From positions 90,038,710-90,102,709 of the forward strand of contig NC_057715.1 of NCBI RefSeq assembly GCF_004010195.1: 64,000 bases of DNA, given 5' to 3'. Position 1 is the stretch's first letter, and every line of letters starts with the position of its first letter. The stretch is from Chiloscyllium plagiosum. Its lineage: Eukaryota. Shown piece after piece: positions 37,903 through 50,869 of the stretch. The position numbers and the translations under genes were made by a program. Below the pieces are notes generated by a model that saw only the letters and a program-made list of their open reading frames with translations, was not told the origin of the DNA and did no database searches.

Positions 37903-38250
37903 TTAGCTTGCGAAAGCTGAGAAATGAGATGGCCTTAATGAAAGGCTATATACTTCCAGATTGGTGCTAGAACTCCCTGTGTTGCTTGTGCATTTGGGAC
38001 AGGAGGAACTAGAACCAACAACATTCTTAAGCTTCTGAAATGTAATTAACAGAAATAAAATCAAAAAATCAATAAAATCCAAAAAGGCTAGCAAGCTTAG
38101 GAAAATCGACAGTTAAACAAAGATATTAGATAAGTTGATGGTAGATGATGAATCCGTGACATAATTGATGGGTGTTGGGTAGGATTCATCTATTGTTTGA
38201 TTTCTAGAGTTTCCAATTAGTGATTCAGTTGCTTTCTCAGCCGTAGCCAT
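37903..38250 (-). pseudogene. SERTM1: SERTM1 (serine-rich and transmembrane domain-containing 1) orthologue, apparently disrupted
   Basis: MATAEKATES...SSSTINLSNIFV*LSIFLSLLAFL(DFIDFL)ILFLLITFQKLKNVVGSSSSCPKCTSNTGSSSTNLEVYSLSLRPSHFSAFAS matches the SERTM1 pattern LSNVYIYVSIFLSLLAFL...LQRLKNIISSSSS...GSSFTNLEV. In-frame TAA at 38115-38113. AATAAA on the minus strand at 37863-37858. Syntenic position. Confidence 0.85.
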
Positions 38251-39673
38251 TTCAAATATTTATGATTAAAGGTACAGAGTAGTTTTCGGATTTCCTGCAG
38301 AATACCTAGAAGGTGGCTGTGAATTCTTTTTCCACAATTCCACTCAGTAATTAATGCACTGACATTTGTAAACAAAGCCACAGAAGAAGCCTAGTCTAGT
38401 TACAGAATAAAATGACCTTTGCGTCCAGTAGCACTGAGAAAAAAAACTTTACATAAAGCCACATTAAACTTGGAAATTAACACAAGAAACAGTTTTTAAA
38501 TTAAACACTTAAACATTCACGGAGTACTGCTCCGAAAATATAACCAATTACTAGCTAATAGTAAAACAATAAGACAAAGGATTCATCTTTTAATTACTTT
38601 AGCTCTTAGTAATTGTTTTATTTAAAACTGTATGTGGCTCCTGTTTTCAGGAAGATGCAGCTTACTGTGATGATGGAACATTACAGATATAGAAGCCTCT
38701 CTCACTATTAGAAAGATGTGACTGAAGTAGCTTCAAAATGACACTGAAAGTGGTGGCTTTCCATTGAACTGTGATTACCAGCTCTTCTGATCCTTTGGGA
38801 ACATACTGACATTTTGTAAATGACTCCAGGCTTAACTGTAGTAATCTGCGCAATATACGAAAGCATTCCTTCCTGTGATTATCAACATTGTCAAGGACTT
38901 TTCCAAGTTAACTAATGTGTGTTACACACTATTGCCATAAATCCTGCTCAAGAAAAATTCATGAGGCAATACAGAATGAAAATGTGAAAGACCTCTGGCA
39001 CATCAAACCTAATTAGTCATGTATTTAAACAGAAATATGTTCCAAATTAAAAAGTAAACTAGCTTGTAACAACAAAATTAAAGTTTTAGTAAGATATCTG
39101 GTTGGTAAAACAAAGTGGAACAATGAGCAAATCTGTTATTTTGTGTCCCTCAATATGGGATAATCTAAAAAATATAAGAACAGGAGTAAACCATTCCACC
39201 TTTTGAGGCTGCTCTGCGAATTGTTCAGCAACCAGAACAGTCTAAGACTGTGGTAGGTATGTATCTGTAATATGTATTTCAGAAAATAAACAACTTATTA
39301 AAATGGATTAATTTTATTTTGTGGGATATTAGATTTTAAAGGTATAAACAAAGATGGAGAGAAAATGGAAATACTCCATATCTGGGTGAAGTCTGGTATC
39401 CTTTGTTAATCTGACTTTTTCTTTGAACAGCACCTATTCACATTGCACCAATGACGATAGAGTCTTCATCCATCTTAGATTTACTCTTTGAAACTTTCTT
39501 CATGAACCTCTTCTGTCTTGTTTGTTGAAAGCTACCTCAAATATTATCTTTACAATTATATGACATTTCTTTCACTTAAGATTACAATTTAACATCAGCT
39601 CTTTGAAGCAACACTAACTGTAAAAGATAACTACAATCTCTATTTGTTGATTTATGTGGTTTTCTGCTGTGAT

Positions 39674-40094
39674 ATTTAGAAAACTGAGACCATCAGCATC
39701 TGAGAATGGTAGAAGATTTATCAGACCAAAATTGATGAACCTCGATTATCTGAAGGACACGGGCAGGGAGAATTTCATTCAGATAATTGAATGCCGGATA
39801 ATCGAATGATGGATAACACAGTTTAGCCAAGCATCAGACCTGGCGACCTTGTTCGGATAATCCAAAATTCAGATAATCGAATGCCAGATAATCGAAGTTC
39901 CTCTGTATTTTAAATTGCAGTTTAAACATATAGCATCCAAGACACTTTGAAAACCCTCAAAAGGCTATTAACATCATTACTCAGCAAATCAAAACAATTT
40001 TATTAATAGACTTCACCCAGATATGGAGTATTTCCATTTTGGTCTGATGAGTCTTCTACCATTCTCAGATGCTGATGTTCTCAGTTTTCTAAAT
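39674..40094. repeat. 59-bp inverted repeat (39674-39732 / 40036-40094, 3 mismatches)
   Basis: ATTTAGAAAACTGAGACCATCAGCATCTGAGAATGGTAGAAGATTTATCAGACCAAAAT and its reverse complement. Confidence 0.9.
39738..39907. mobile_element. Tc1/mariner (Tigger-like) MITE
   Basis: TIR-like GAACCTCGATTATC ... GATAATCGAAGTTCCTCTG followed by TA; internal GATAATCGAA repeats. Confidence 0.65.
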
Positions 40095-40431
40095 TGTGTG
40101 TAGCAACAAAAATATAAGTACATGTATTAAAATCATCCATTGGCATGACTTATACGTTGGCCAGGAAGTTGCAGTTGTATTGATGGTGAAACTAAGAGCA
40201 TTCTGGCACCTGCAGTTACATGTGGAAATTGAGAATTTGCTATCAATATATCTCTGCTCTTCCACAGGGTGCATTATTGATTTCCATTGTTGAGAACTTC
40301 AATTAGAAAACATCGCATTGACATAAAGCTCAGTTTCTTGTCCTATTTTTCTTATTGCAAGAAGCCTTGTAAATCTTATGCTTTGTTGAATGATTGTGAA
40401 TTAGTGCATCATTCAAAACAATTATTGCTGT

Positions 40432-40439
<8 letters not shown>

Positions 40440-40462
<23 letters not shown>
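40440..40462. repeat. (GT)n microsatellite
   Basis: Visible. Confidence 0.95.
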
Positions 40463-43400
40463 AGTTCTTGGTAGTACAGAATTTTAAGTATTGCAGAAAA
40501 ATGACACTTTGCTAAAGCTTTTAATCCTGCACTCATCAGGATAATTAACAAGAATACTAATTCAAGGAGAAAATTAATATTTATATTGCATGACAGAAAA
40601 GTGCTGATTGATTTGGCAAGTGGACTCAGAGATAGAAGCATTACCTATTAATGCTAATTAACAGTTAATTACCAATCTCCGAATAGATTTTACACCAGGC
40701 AGCATGTCCCAGATTGGCCAGCCCTGAAAAGTGAGTCAGCAAATGGATACACATATTTTGTTGAGTTGAAAAAGGTGCATTACAATTAGTTGTGAAATCA
40801 AAGTTAACATTTTGGGTTGTGTGATCCTTCTTCAGAACTTTGAGGAAGCTTTTCCAGCAATTTCTGTTTTTGGTTCTGATTTACGGCATCTGCAGTTCTT
40901 TTGGGTTTATATCATTTGTTATGCTATTACTAAACAGGGCGCTGATCCTTGAAGAGAGCATGTAGACCATTCAGCTCATCAAATCTACTCTGGCATCCAA
41001 TGAGATCATGATTAATCTGACAATTCACAATTCCAATTTCCTGCCCTTTTTTCCTTATCCTTGATTTCCTTTCTGATTAAAAAATCTGGTGCCAGAATGA
41101 AATTAATTTGAGGAAGGATATTGCTCGATATTTGTGAGCAGCTTTTTTTGAGGACACAGTATCTCAGCTCTCAAGATATGTGCCAATATATTTATAAATA
41201 CATTGCAACGATGAGGATCTTGTTGTTCGCTTTTTTAATACAAAGAAAAACCCCCATGAACAACAGCATTTTGTCCCCGTCCTTCATTAATTGTTAATTT
41301 AAGCACCTCAATTGGTGATCGAGAAAGAAGGATGTTCACAAGCTTTCCTGGCTAGGACTTAATTGGGGTAGAGGCAAAAAAGGCAGCAGGATCCATACTC
41401 ATCACCCTCCTGCATGATTAAATGTCCCCTACTTCCAAACTAGCTTTGGGGGAGGGCATTACATCCTGCCAATGTTTCCTCATGTTGGGGAATGTAGCAT
41501 ATGTTTTCAGAATAAGGCTACTCTCCATTTAAAACTGAGAGGAGAAGTAATTTCTTCTCACAGCAGTCACGGATCTGTGTAATTCTCTGCCCTATGCAGT
41601 GATGAAGATTGGCTTATTGAGGATGTTCAAGATTGAGTCAAGCAGATTTCTGATCAACAAGGGAGTCAAGAGTTATGGGAGGGTAGGATACAGCAGCTAA
41701 GTGGAACTCAGGCCTTGACCAGCTTAGTCATGATCACATTTGAGGGAAAACTGATTTAAAATGAAAAAAAAAAGAAAGTCTGAACATGTTTTGTGGCAAA
41801 CAATTATTATATAAACACATTTTTATGATCTGCAGTGAAATGTAAATGCTTCTAGCCTACTTAAAATAGATAGAATTAGTAGTTTTCTCTTTATTTGCAT
41901 TCTATTATTGTCAAAGCTTTGGAGCAATGCACATATATCAAATCAGCAAAGTAGCCTCAGCATTCAATGCCATTATTGCATACAATAAAGATTGAAGCTG
42001 GTACTATTAACAAAATATAATCTTACTGGATTATACACGCGAAGTAACGGACTATGGCAGGGATTCACAAATTATTTTCCAACTTGACCCAATTTTAACT
42101 CATCACGACCTTCTCAGGGCAATTAAAGAAGAGCAACAAATGACGACCTTGCCAGTGTTGTTCTCACACTGATTATAAGAACTCTTGAAAATTAAGGTTA
42201 CCCCAGCTACCAACAAAACAAAACAGCAATAAAGCAACAATGTAACATTCAGTGTATAATTATTAAAGTTTGCATACCACATATGATATACGTGTGGAAA
42301 TCTGTATTTGAAGTAAATTGTAAAAATATTGTTTTACTTACACAGCTAGGCTTCAGAAAAGTTCTCGATGTTCCCTGGTGACAGAAAATTCAGTGAAGTC
42401 CCTCCCCACACATATTGTAATCACTGCCCCAACCCACATATAGAATCCTCTTGTGAACCCTATTCCAAAACCTTCCTCCCTCTTCCTGGGAACACTTGGT
42501 GCTACTCCTCATGATGGACCTGCAGAACGTCAGGTTCAGGAACTCAGGTTCTTCTCCCTGTTAGATCTTCTGAGGCCCAAGCAGTTTCCACCCCTTATAC
42601 ACCTCTGATCACTATGATTCTATTAAGCATTCAGGAGTAGATTGCACTGCTTTGGCTGTATTGAAGGCTATTGCAGTCCAGGGAAAATGAAAGTCCATTA
42701 ACAAAAAATCGCGACTGCTGCATATCAGAAATTTTTCATCCATGTTAATGAACAGTGGAGGAGGATTCAACAATTTACTCCTGTTCCTAATTCTCATGGT
42801 GTTATATTACCATCATTCTCTTAGTTCTTTTCATAGATGAACTCAGACTGTAGCACAGTGATTGTATAATTGAAAGTACATTAAAACCAAACTGGTACAA
42901 CATATCATTTCGTGGACAGGACGATTGCAACCTATGCATTATTTCTGCAGATGGAATAGGGATTTCCAGCAAACTTCAAGCAGAAAAAAAAGATACTTCC
43001 TTGAATAGTGGCAGAAAATATAAAAATAACACTTATACATCATAAATTCTTTTTGAAAATACAGTATGTATTTTGTATTTCAATATATGTTAATTTGTAA
43101 TGATGTTCATTCCACTTGATACCGAGAAAAACACAAGATGCATTACAAAACAACATGAACCCAATGAATTAATGTCCTGTTATTTCTGCCAGAGGTAAAT
43201 ATAATCAGATTAATTCTTCAGGGAAAGTGAAGAAAAAGTACATTTAACTAATGTCTGATCATCTGTTTTTATTTTGTAGATGACTTCAATGGTTAATTGG
43301 ATCATAACATGTCAGGAACCAAAGTAGGGATATTAATGTCTTGCAGTCTGAGTGTTGCTAGGCTTTGATTAGCTCTGAAATGCTTGTTGAAAATATGAGT

Positions 43401-43859
43401 GAGCATGTCCGTAGCAGTTTCAAGGAGAAATTAGAGGATTGGCTCAAAGGACTTGATAATGAAAATCAGCCAGAACAATGCACAACAAAAGACTGGTTAT
43501 ATTCTATTTTCAAAAATTCCTTGTGGGTATCTTTCTTCATGTATGTGAGGAATATCAGTATTATGATTGAAATATCTTTGATGAGAGTTTCAAAGCATTT
43601 ACAAATTTACATTGATATACCCTGACGGTGAACACTAGATCACCATCTGCTCCACAATCAGAATATTTCATAACCAACTTAATTCTTTTAGCAGTGAAAG
43701 CAAAATATTGTGGATGCTGGAAATCTGAAATAAAAACCAATTTGGCCTCCAGACTTTAACTGTTTCTCTCTTCACAGAGGCTGCCATACCTGTTGAGTTC
43801 CTCTAGTAATTTCTTGTTTTTTATTAATCCTTAAAGCCTCTGAGTTCAAAAAGGTGACG

Positions 43860-44070
43860 TAGAAAGGGGGAGAGGAAAGGGGAAGGAAAGGAGTTGGCAA
43901 GAAGGAGAAAAGCATTAAGGAAAGGAGGGTAGTAAGGAAGTATGAAGAATGAATGAAAGAAGGGGTGAACGGAGATGGAGAGGATGTTAAGGGGAAAGTG
44001 AAAAGAAAGAAGGAAAGAAAGATGGAGACAAAAGAAAGGGAAGGGAAACAGGAAAAGGAGAGAGAAAAGC
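43860..44070. repeat. Purine-rich (GA) low-complexity tract
   Basis: Visible. Confidence 0.85.
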
Positions 44071-45689
44071 TATGTAACATCCTTAATTAACTCAAGATGT
44101 CAAAAAGCATTTTACAACTAATGAAGTTATTTTGAAATGTAGTGAGATGTAGAAAATGTAGTATTCAATTGGCTGCCTCCTTAAATAGTCTATGCAATGA
44201 TGCTTCTGTGCCTGCAGCATCACCTTAGCAAGATTATTTTGTGGTAGCAGAAAAACATTCCTGTTTCTGCTTAACAAAAATAATTCTAATTATATCACTC
44301 ATTAAATCAACACAAATAGCCACAACCGACCATATACTTAACTAGCATGCGAAAGGTCTGTTGGAAATCTATGTAAATCATAGGAACACTAACTGAACCC
44401 TAACAAAATTAGTTTTGCCATAAGCAGGTGGAGGCTCTCATGCAGACTAGACATGCCAAGAAATAGCACAGACCATTATCTTGCAAAATGAACTGTGCTC
44501 TTTTTTTCTAGTTGATTCTGCTGCTTTCAATTTAAAACTCGACTAGCCAGTGAGAGATAAAAATGTGGTCAGTGCATCAGTTATAAATGAGTTAGACAAA
44601 TGAGTAAAGCAATCAGAAGGAAAAGGAAATATTAAAATGAAAGAGAATAATCTGTTTTTATACCTCTATCAGCAATTTGTTTTTTTCACATTTCTTTCCC
44701 TTCTCTTATAATTTTATGTTTGTTTTTAAGCAATTATCAGGTCATTTAAGTACCACTCTTTGGTTGTAGATGTGTTTCTTTGCTGTCGTTATACCGCCTG
44801 TTGTTTTCTGATTCTATCTAAATGCTTATCTTTTTTTTTATTAGATTCCAACTGGTTTGCAGCATATAGCCCATCTATTTTTACCTCTTATATAATCCTT
44901 TGACGCATATGTTTATTACTACAATGGCTTGTCCAGGGTTAAGTTCAATAGAATGCTCAGCAAGGAACTCTGAGCAAGCATTAGGATGGAGAATATTTGG
45001 CCATAACAAAGCTTCGCTTTAAGAAATAATGGATTAACACCTGGCTAAGTCTGCTAACAATATGGTGCCAAAGGGATTCATTAATTATGATCAATTAAGT
45101 GTGAAATATTGATGAAAAATGTGTTCTAGGATTAATGTAAGCAACTGAAAATAATTAATGCCGCATCTGCTGTGATATGCAATTTATGCAAAATCTGTTC
45201 ATACTGCTTGTACACAGAAGTTTGAAGCAGCTACATGGATGATTCACAAGGAAAATAATTTGAGGAAATAATTTGGAGTCAAACTATTATGAATTAAATG
45301 CTTGGTAATACTTATAAAGAATATAAAGTCTTTGTTGGATGATCACACTGGCTTTTGTGGAAAGCAGGAGTATTTTTAACATGTTGGGTGATCATTTCTT
45401 GACCTACAGCATTATATCAAATAATCATCACACTGTATTCACTCAAATGGAGTCTATAAGCAGAACATCTATGGAATAGAAAATACCTTAAGAATATAAG
45501 AATGCTCCTGAGAATTTGCCTGACAATGATAACCGTACCACCATTCTCACTGACACAGTTTGTATTTTATACTTCACCTAATGCATTCCTGTGGCAGATA
45601 GGCACAAGCCAATAAGAACTGAAAAGCTGTTCATATGGAATAGACTACGTAACTGGGCTGTTAAAAGTGGGCTTTAAACAGATAAAGGG

Positions 45690-46250
45690 TAGTGAGTGGA
45701 ATTCAATCCAGATAAATGTCAGGTGATGCACTTGGGCAGGACGATTAGGACAAGGGAATACATGATGAATGGGAGGACCCTGGGAACCAGAAAGAAAGAG
45801 AGAGAGGAAAAAAAGTTCTGGATGCTAAAAATCCAAAACAAAATCAGAAATTGCTTCAAGAAGGATCTTGATATGCATCTACACTGGTCTTTTAAGGTAT
45901 TAGGACAGATGAATAAAATGGTTAAGAATGTATATGGAATACTTGCCTTTATTAGTCAAAGCACTGAGTTTAAGCTAGCACTAGAGAGAGTGCAGTGGAA
46001 ATTTACCAGCATGTTGCCTGGGTTGGAGAGTTTCAGTTATGAAGACAGATCAAACTGACTGGAGTTGCTCTTCTTACAGCAGTGAAGATTGAGAGGAGAT
46101 ATGATTTGAGATGGATAAAATTATGAGATGCGGAGATAGGTTAGACAGGAAGAAACTTTTCGCCTTGACAAAGGGATCAATGACCAGGGAGCATAGACTT
46201 AAGGTAAGAGACAAAAGGTTTACAGGTGATGTGAGGAAAAACATTTTCGC
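45690..46250 (+). mobile_element. CR1 LINE fragment
   Basis: EFNPDKCQVMHLGR...LERVQWKFTSMLPGLE. Confidence 0.85.
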
Positions 46251-47225
46251 TTTCCATCACTTTACTTATGACTGAGAAGAAACTGATATGGCATTGGCTG
46301 GAATGGATTTCTGTGTATGTGTGTACAGGACATTCCTGGGTGATTTTCCAGTGTCGGATAGATGTTAAGGTTATAGCTTGGTAAGGAGAGCAACAAGTTC
46401 TGGAGCACAACGTTTCAGCAACAGCACTGAAAACTTATCAGGGCTCATAGCCTTTGTATATTCAGTGCCTCCACTTGATCCAGATATCACATGGAATGAA
46501 TCAAATTGGCTGAAGAAGAAGCCCTTTGGAGGAGGCCGGGATGGAATCAAGGACACTATCAAGATCAGAGTCAACTCCCGTTAAATTCATGGTCAGAAGC
46601 TAAAGTTAGAGAGGAAATCTTAATGACAGTAGCATGTTGGATATGGCTGAGATGTAGATGTAAGGTCATCAGCCTCTCGTTGACACCCAGAGGGAGTTTA
46701 GAGAACAAAGCAAAGATCCTGGTCTTCATAGCAAAGCTGACTCTAAGAATGCAGGGGTCACAGTCTAACTTCCCTTTCTAGAAGAAGGTATACTCTCCAT
46801 CTGCCTTCCTCATCTGCCCCTCCCCAATGAACTAGATTTTGCTAAGAGCAGTGATATCCATTTTATGTCTTGCTAGTGATTGGACACAAGGACTGTAATC
46901 TCATTGGGTACAATTTCCATGCCCTGTAAGTGGACAGGCACCTTTTCTAGCCACTTCTCCTTTCAGGTTGAGCATAGGATATCCTAAAGAGGTCTTGCTC
47001 ATTCACTGAAACAGGTCCTGGAAGGTTCCCCTGTCTCAACACAGGTGCCCAATGACCACCATGCATCCACAGTTGTCTGTGTGCCCCCCAGATATCACAG
47101 CCTTGCCCCTGTCAATAATCCACCTTCACTACGGGACTTCATGTGATGGCTTGTATTGGACATTGTTTACAGTGAAGATTCAAGTGCGCAGTTGAGTTCT
47201 GCATAATCTTAGCAGTTGATGGCTA

Positions 47226-47700
47226 TCATAGATCAGGCCAGACCCCCTAAAAACATTTCAAGAAAGTAACCCAGACCCTAACTTTGCTAGTTATTTTAAG
47301 CAGGTGTGAGGTGGATTATCCAGGAGGGATGTCATGCAGCTGGTCAAACCACTTAGTTTTAAACAAAACAATTTATTCACAAGATTACTGAATGAAACAC
47401 AAACAAAAGAGATCAGAATATAGAATAACTTTACCTATCTGAAAGCCCAACAGATTATCCCAGGTTAATCATGCTGTTCCAAATTCCTGCAACAATCCCC
47501 ATAAACACTGCTTGGCAAAAAAGGTAAAATCAAACACAGGGTCTTACAGGAGACACAGAAAGATGGCTTCATGAACTCCTTCTTGCATATAGCTGTTTCT
47601 TCAACCAGCAACCTTAATCTGACTGCCTGCTTTCAGTGAACAGCCAGACTGCTAAAACCAGAGAAAAGCTGAGCTGGGAGAACTGGCCACTCCCTTTTTA
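47226..47700 (-). mobile_element. LTR fragment related to the Gypsy LTR at 7965-8556
   Basis: Reverse complement similar to 8400-8556 (TTAGGGTCT.GG.TAC.TTCTT...GGTCTG.CCTG.TC.AT). Confidence 0.7.
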
Positions 47701-47704
47701 TTGT

Positions 47705-50090
47705 CATAGAGTCATAGAGATGTACAGCAAGGAAAGAGACGCTTTGGTTCAACCCGTCCATGCCGACCAAATATCCCAACCCAATCTAGCCCCACCTGCC
47801 AGCACCCTGCCCATATCCCTCCAACCCTTCCTATTCATATACCCATCCAAATGCCTCTTGAATGTTGCAATTGTACCAGCCTCCACCACATCCTCTAGCA
47901 GCTCATTCCATACACATACCACTCACTGCGTGAAAAGGTTGCCCCTTGGGTCTCTTTTATATCATTCCCCTCTCACCCTAAACCTATGCCCTCTAGTTCT
48001 GGACTCACCCACCCCAGGGAAAAGACTTTGTCTATTTATCCTATCCATGCCCCTCATGATTTTATAAACCTCTAAGGTCACCCCTCAGCCTCGGACGCTC
48101 CAGGGCAAACAGCCCTAGCCTATTCAACCTCTCCCTATAACTCAAATCCTCCAACTCTGGTAACCCTTTTAAATATTTTCTGAACACTTTCAAGTTTCAC
48201 AACATCTTTCCGTTAGGAAGGAGACCAGAAATGCACGCAATATTCCAACAGTGGCCTACCCAATGTCCTGTACAGCCGCAACATGACCTTGCAACTCTTA
48301 TACTCAATATTCTGACCAACAAAGGAAAGCATACCAAACACCTTCTTCACTATCCTATCTACCTGTGACTCCACTTTCAAGGAGCGATGAACCTGCATTT
48401 CAAAGTCTCTTTGTTCAGCAACACTCCCCAGGACCTTACCATCAAGTGTATAAGTCCTGCTAAGATTTGCTTTCCCAAAATGCAGCACCTCACATTTATT
48501 GAAATTAAACTCCATCTGCCACTTCTTAGCCCATTGGCCCATCTGATCAAGATCCTGTTGTAATCTGAGATAACCTTCTTCCATGTCCACTACACTTCCA
48601 ATTTTGGTGTCATCAGTAAACTTACTAAATTTACCTCTTATGCTCACATCAAATCATTTCTATAAATGATGAAAAGTGGAGGGCCCAGCACCGATCCTTG
48701 TGGCACTCCACTGGTCACAGGCCTCCAGTCTGAAAAACAACCCTCCACCACCACCCTCTGTCATCTACCTTTGAGCCAGTTCTGTATCCAAATGGCTAGT
48801 TCTCCCTGTATTCCATGAGATCTAACTTGCTAACCAGTCTCCCATGTGGAACCTTGTTGAATGACTTATTGAAGTCCATATAGATCACGTCCATCGTTCT
48901 GCCCTCATTTAATCCTCTTTGTTACTTCTTCAAAAACCTCAATCAAGTTTGTGAGACATGGTTTCCCATGCACAAAGCCATGTTGACTATCCTTAATCAG
49001 TCCTTGCCTTTCCAAATACATGTACATCACATCCCTCAGGATTCCTTCCAACAACGTGCCCACCACCGACGTCAGGCTCACTGGTCTATAGTTCCCTGGC
49101 TTGTCCTTACCACCTTTCTTAAACAGTGACACCACGTTAGCCAACCTCCAGTCTTCCGGCACCTCACCTGTGACTATCGATGATACACATATCTCAGTAA
49201 GAGGCCCAGCAATCACTTCCCTAGCTTCCCGCAGAGTTCTAGGGTACAACTAATCAGGTCCTGGGGATTTATCCACTTTTATGCGTTTTAAGACAACCAG
49301 CACTTCCTCCTCTGTGATACGGATATTATTCAAGATGTCACTGTGTATTTCCGTACTTTCTGTATCTTTCATGTCCTTTTCCACAGTAAACACTGATGCA
49401 AAGTACTCGTTTAGTATCTCTCCCATCTTCTGTGGCTCCACACAAAGACCGCCTTGCTGATCTTTGAGGGGCATTATTCTCTCGCTAATTACCCTTTTGT
49501 CCTTAATGTACTTGTAAAGAACCTTTGGATTCTCCTTAACCCTATTTGCCAAAGCTATCTCATGGCCCCTTTTTGCCCTCCTGTGTTCTCTCTTATGTAT
49601 ACTCCTTCTGCCTTTATTCTAAGGATTAGAATACTCTTCTAAGGATTCACTCGATCTATCCTGTCTATACCTGACATATGCTTCCTTCTTTTTTTTAATC
49701 AAACCCTCAGTTTCTTTAGTCATCCAGCATTCCCTATACCTACCAGCCTTTCCTTTCACCCTAACAGGAATATACTTTCTCTGGACTCTCGTTAACTCAT
49801 TTCTGAAGGCTTCCCATTTCCCAGCCGTCCCTTTACCTGCAAACATCTGTGCCCAATCAGCTTTTGAAAGTTCGTGCTGAATGCCGTCAAAATTGGCCTT
49901 TCTCCAATTTAGAACTTCAACTTTTAGATCTGGTCTATCCTTTTCCATCACTATTTTAAAACTAATAGATTTATGGTTGCTGGCCCCAAAGTGCACCCCC
50001 ACTGACACCTCAGTCATCTGTCCTCCCTTATTTCCCAAGAGTAGGTCAAGTTTTGCACCTTCTCTAGGAGGTACATCCACATACTGAATC
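47705..50090 (-). mobile_element. Long CR1 (HER1-like) LINE ORF2 fragment with 3' tail
   Basis: KSPGPD, PEDWRLANV, GNYRPVSLTSVV, SQHGF, KFTDDTK, PLLEYCVHFWSP; (CATAGAGT)n tail. Confidence 0.95.
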
Positions 50091-50869
50091 AGTGCACGTG
50101 TTTTTTTTAAACTTGAAAGCATTCTCAAATCGATCAACCCCAGGCATTTCAAAGTCTAGGTCTTTATGATATAATGAAAGAGAAACCAAGAACAACCTAA
50201 CCTTGTTAAAGGAGCATCATCATCACAATGGCTGAATTCAGCAGCAAGGCAAACCTTGAGAACTGGGCCACATCCACACTACAGCCTTCTTCTATCTTCA
50301 CATTCTGTTTGGTCACAGCCTTGCTCTGCTGTTGAGGACTTCTTGACTTGTTCTTTGCTGGAACTAGCTCCTTAGCCTTGTTACGATGGAGGAGCTTGCA
50401 TGAATGCATAGTGAAGATCATTGGAATAAACTGACAGACAACCATGGTGAGAAAATAGCAGAAATAAAACTTACGGTATGTTAAATCTCATGTCCTTTAC
50501 AGAAGGAAATTGAATATCCTTCCGTAGTCTGGCCTAAGTGTGAATCCAGATACACAGCAATGTGATTCACTCTTTACTTCCCTCTGGGCATTAATGGAAG
50601 GGTACATCAGGTCTGGCATGTCAACCATACCCAGGTGTTATAAACATGTTTTTAAAAAGCTAAGTTTCATTTTGGGATCTAACTTGTGCAGTGTTATGAC
50701 CACCTGTAATTATAACAACTTTCCCTCTGTTACAGGCAATCACAAGCCAGTTGGCCACAATACAGCAACAAAAGCCAGTATGTCATAAAGTCAAAGGTCG
50801 CCACTGTCCTAACAAACCATAAGCCTGCTTTTTTCATTGGAGAAAATGGCAACAAAATCTGAAGCAGGA

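Noticed and set aside
40043-40060. CTGATGAG as a hammerhead core
   Set aside because: No stem II closing onto GAAA downstream
43772-44080. Hydrophobic 102-aa ORF
   Set aside because: Translation of a low-complexity pyrimidine strand
46850-47220. Second Harbinger remnant (NDHHAST, LHNL-like)
   Set aside because: Similarity too weak to support by eye
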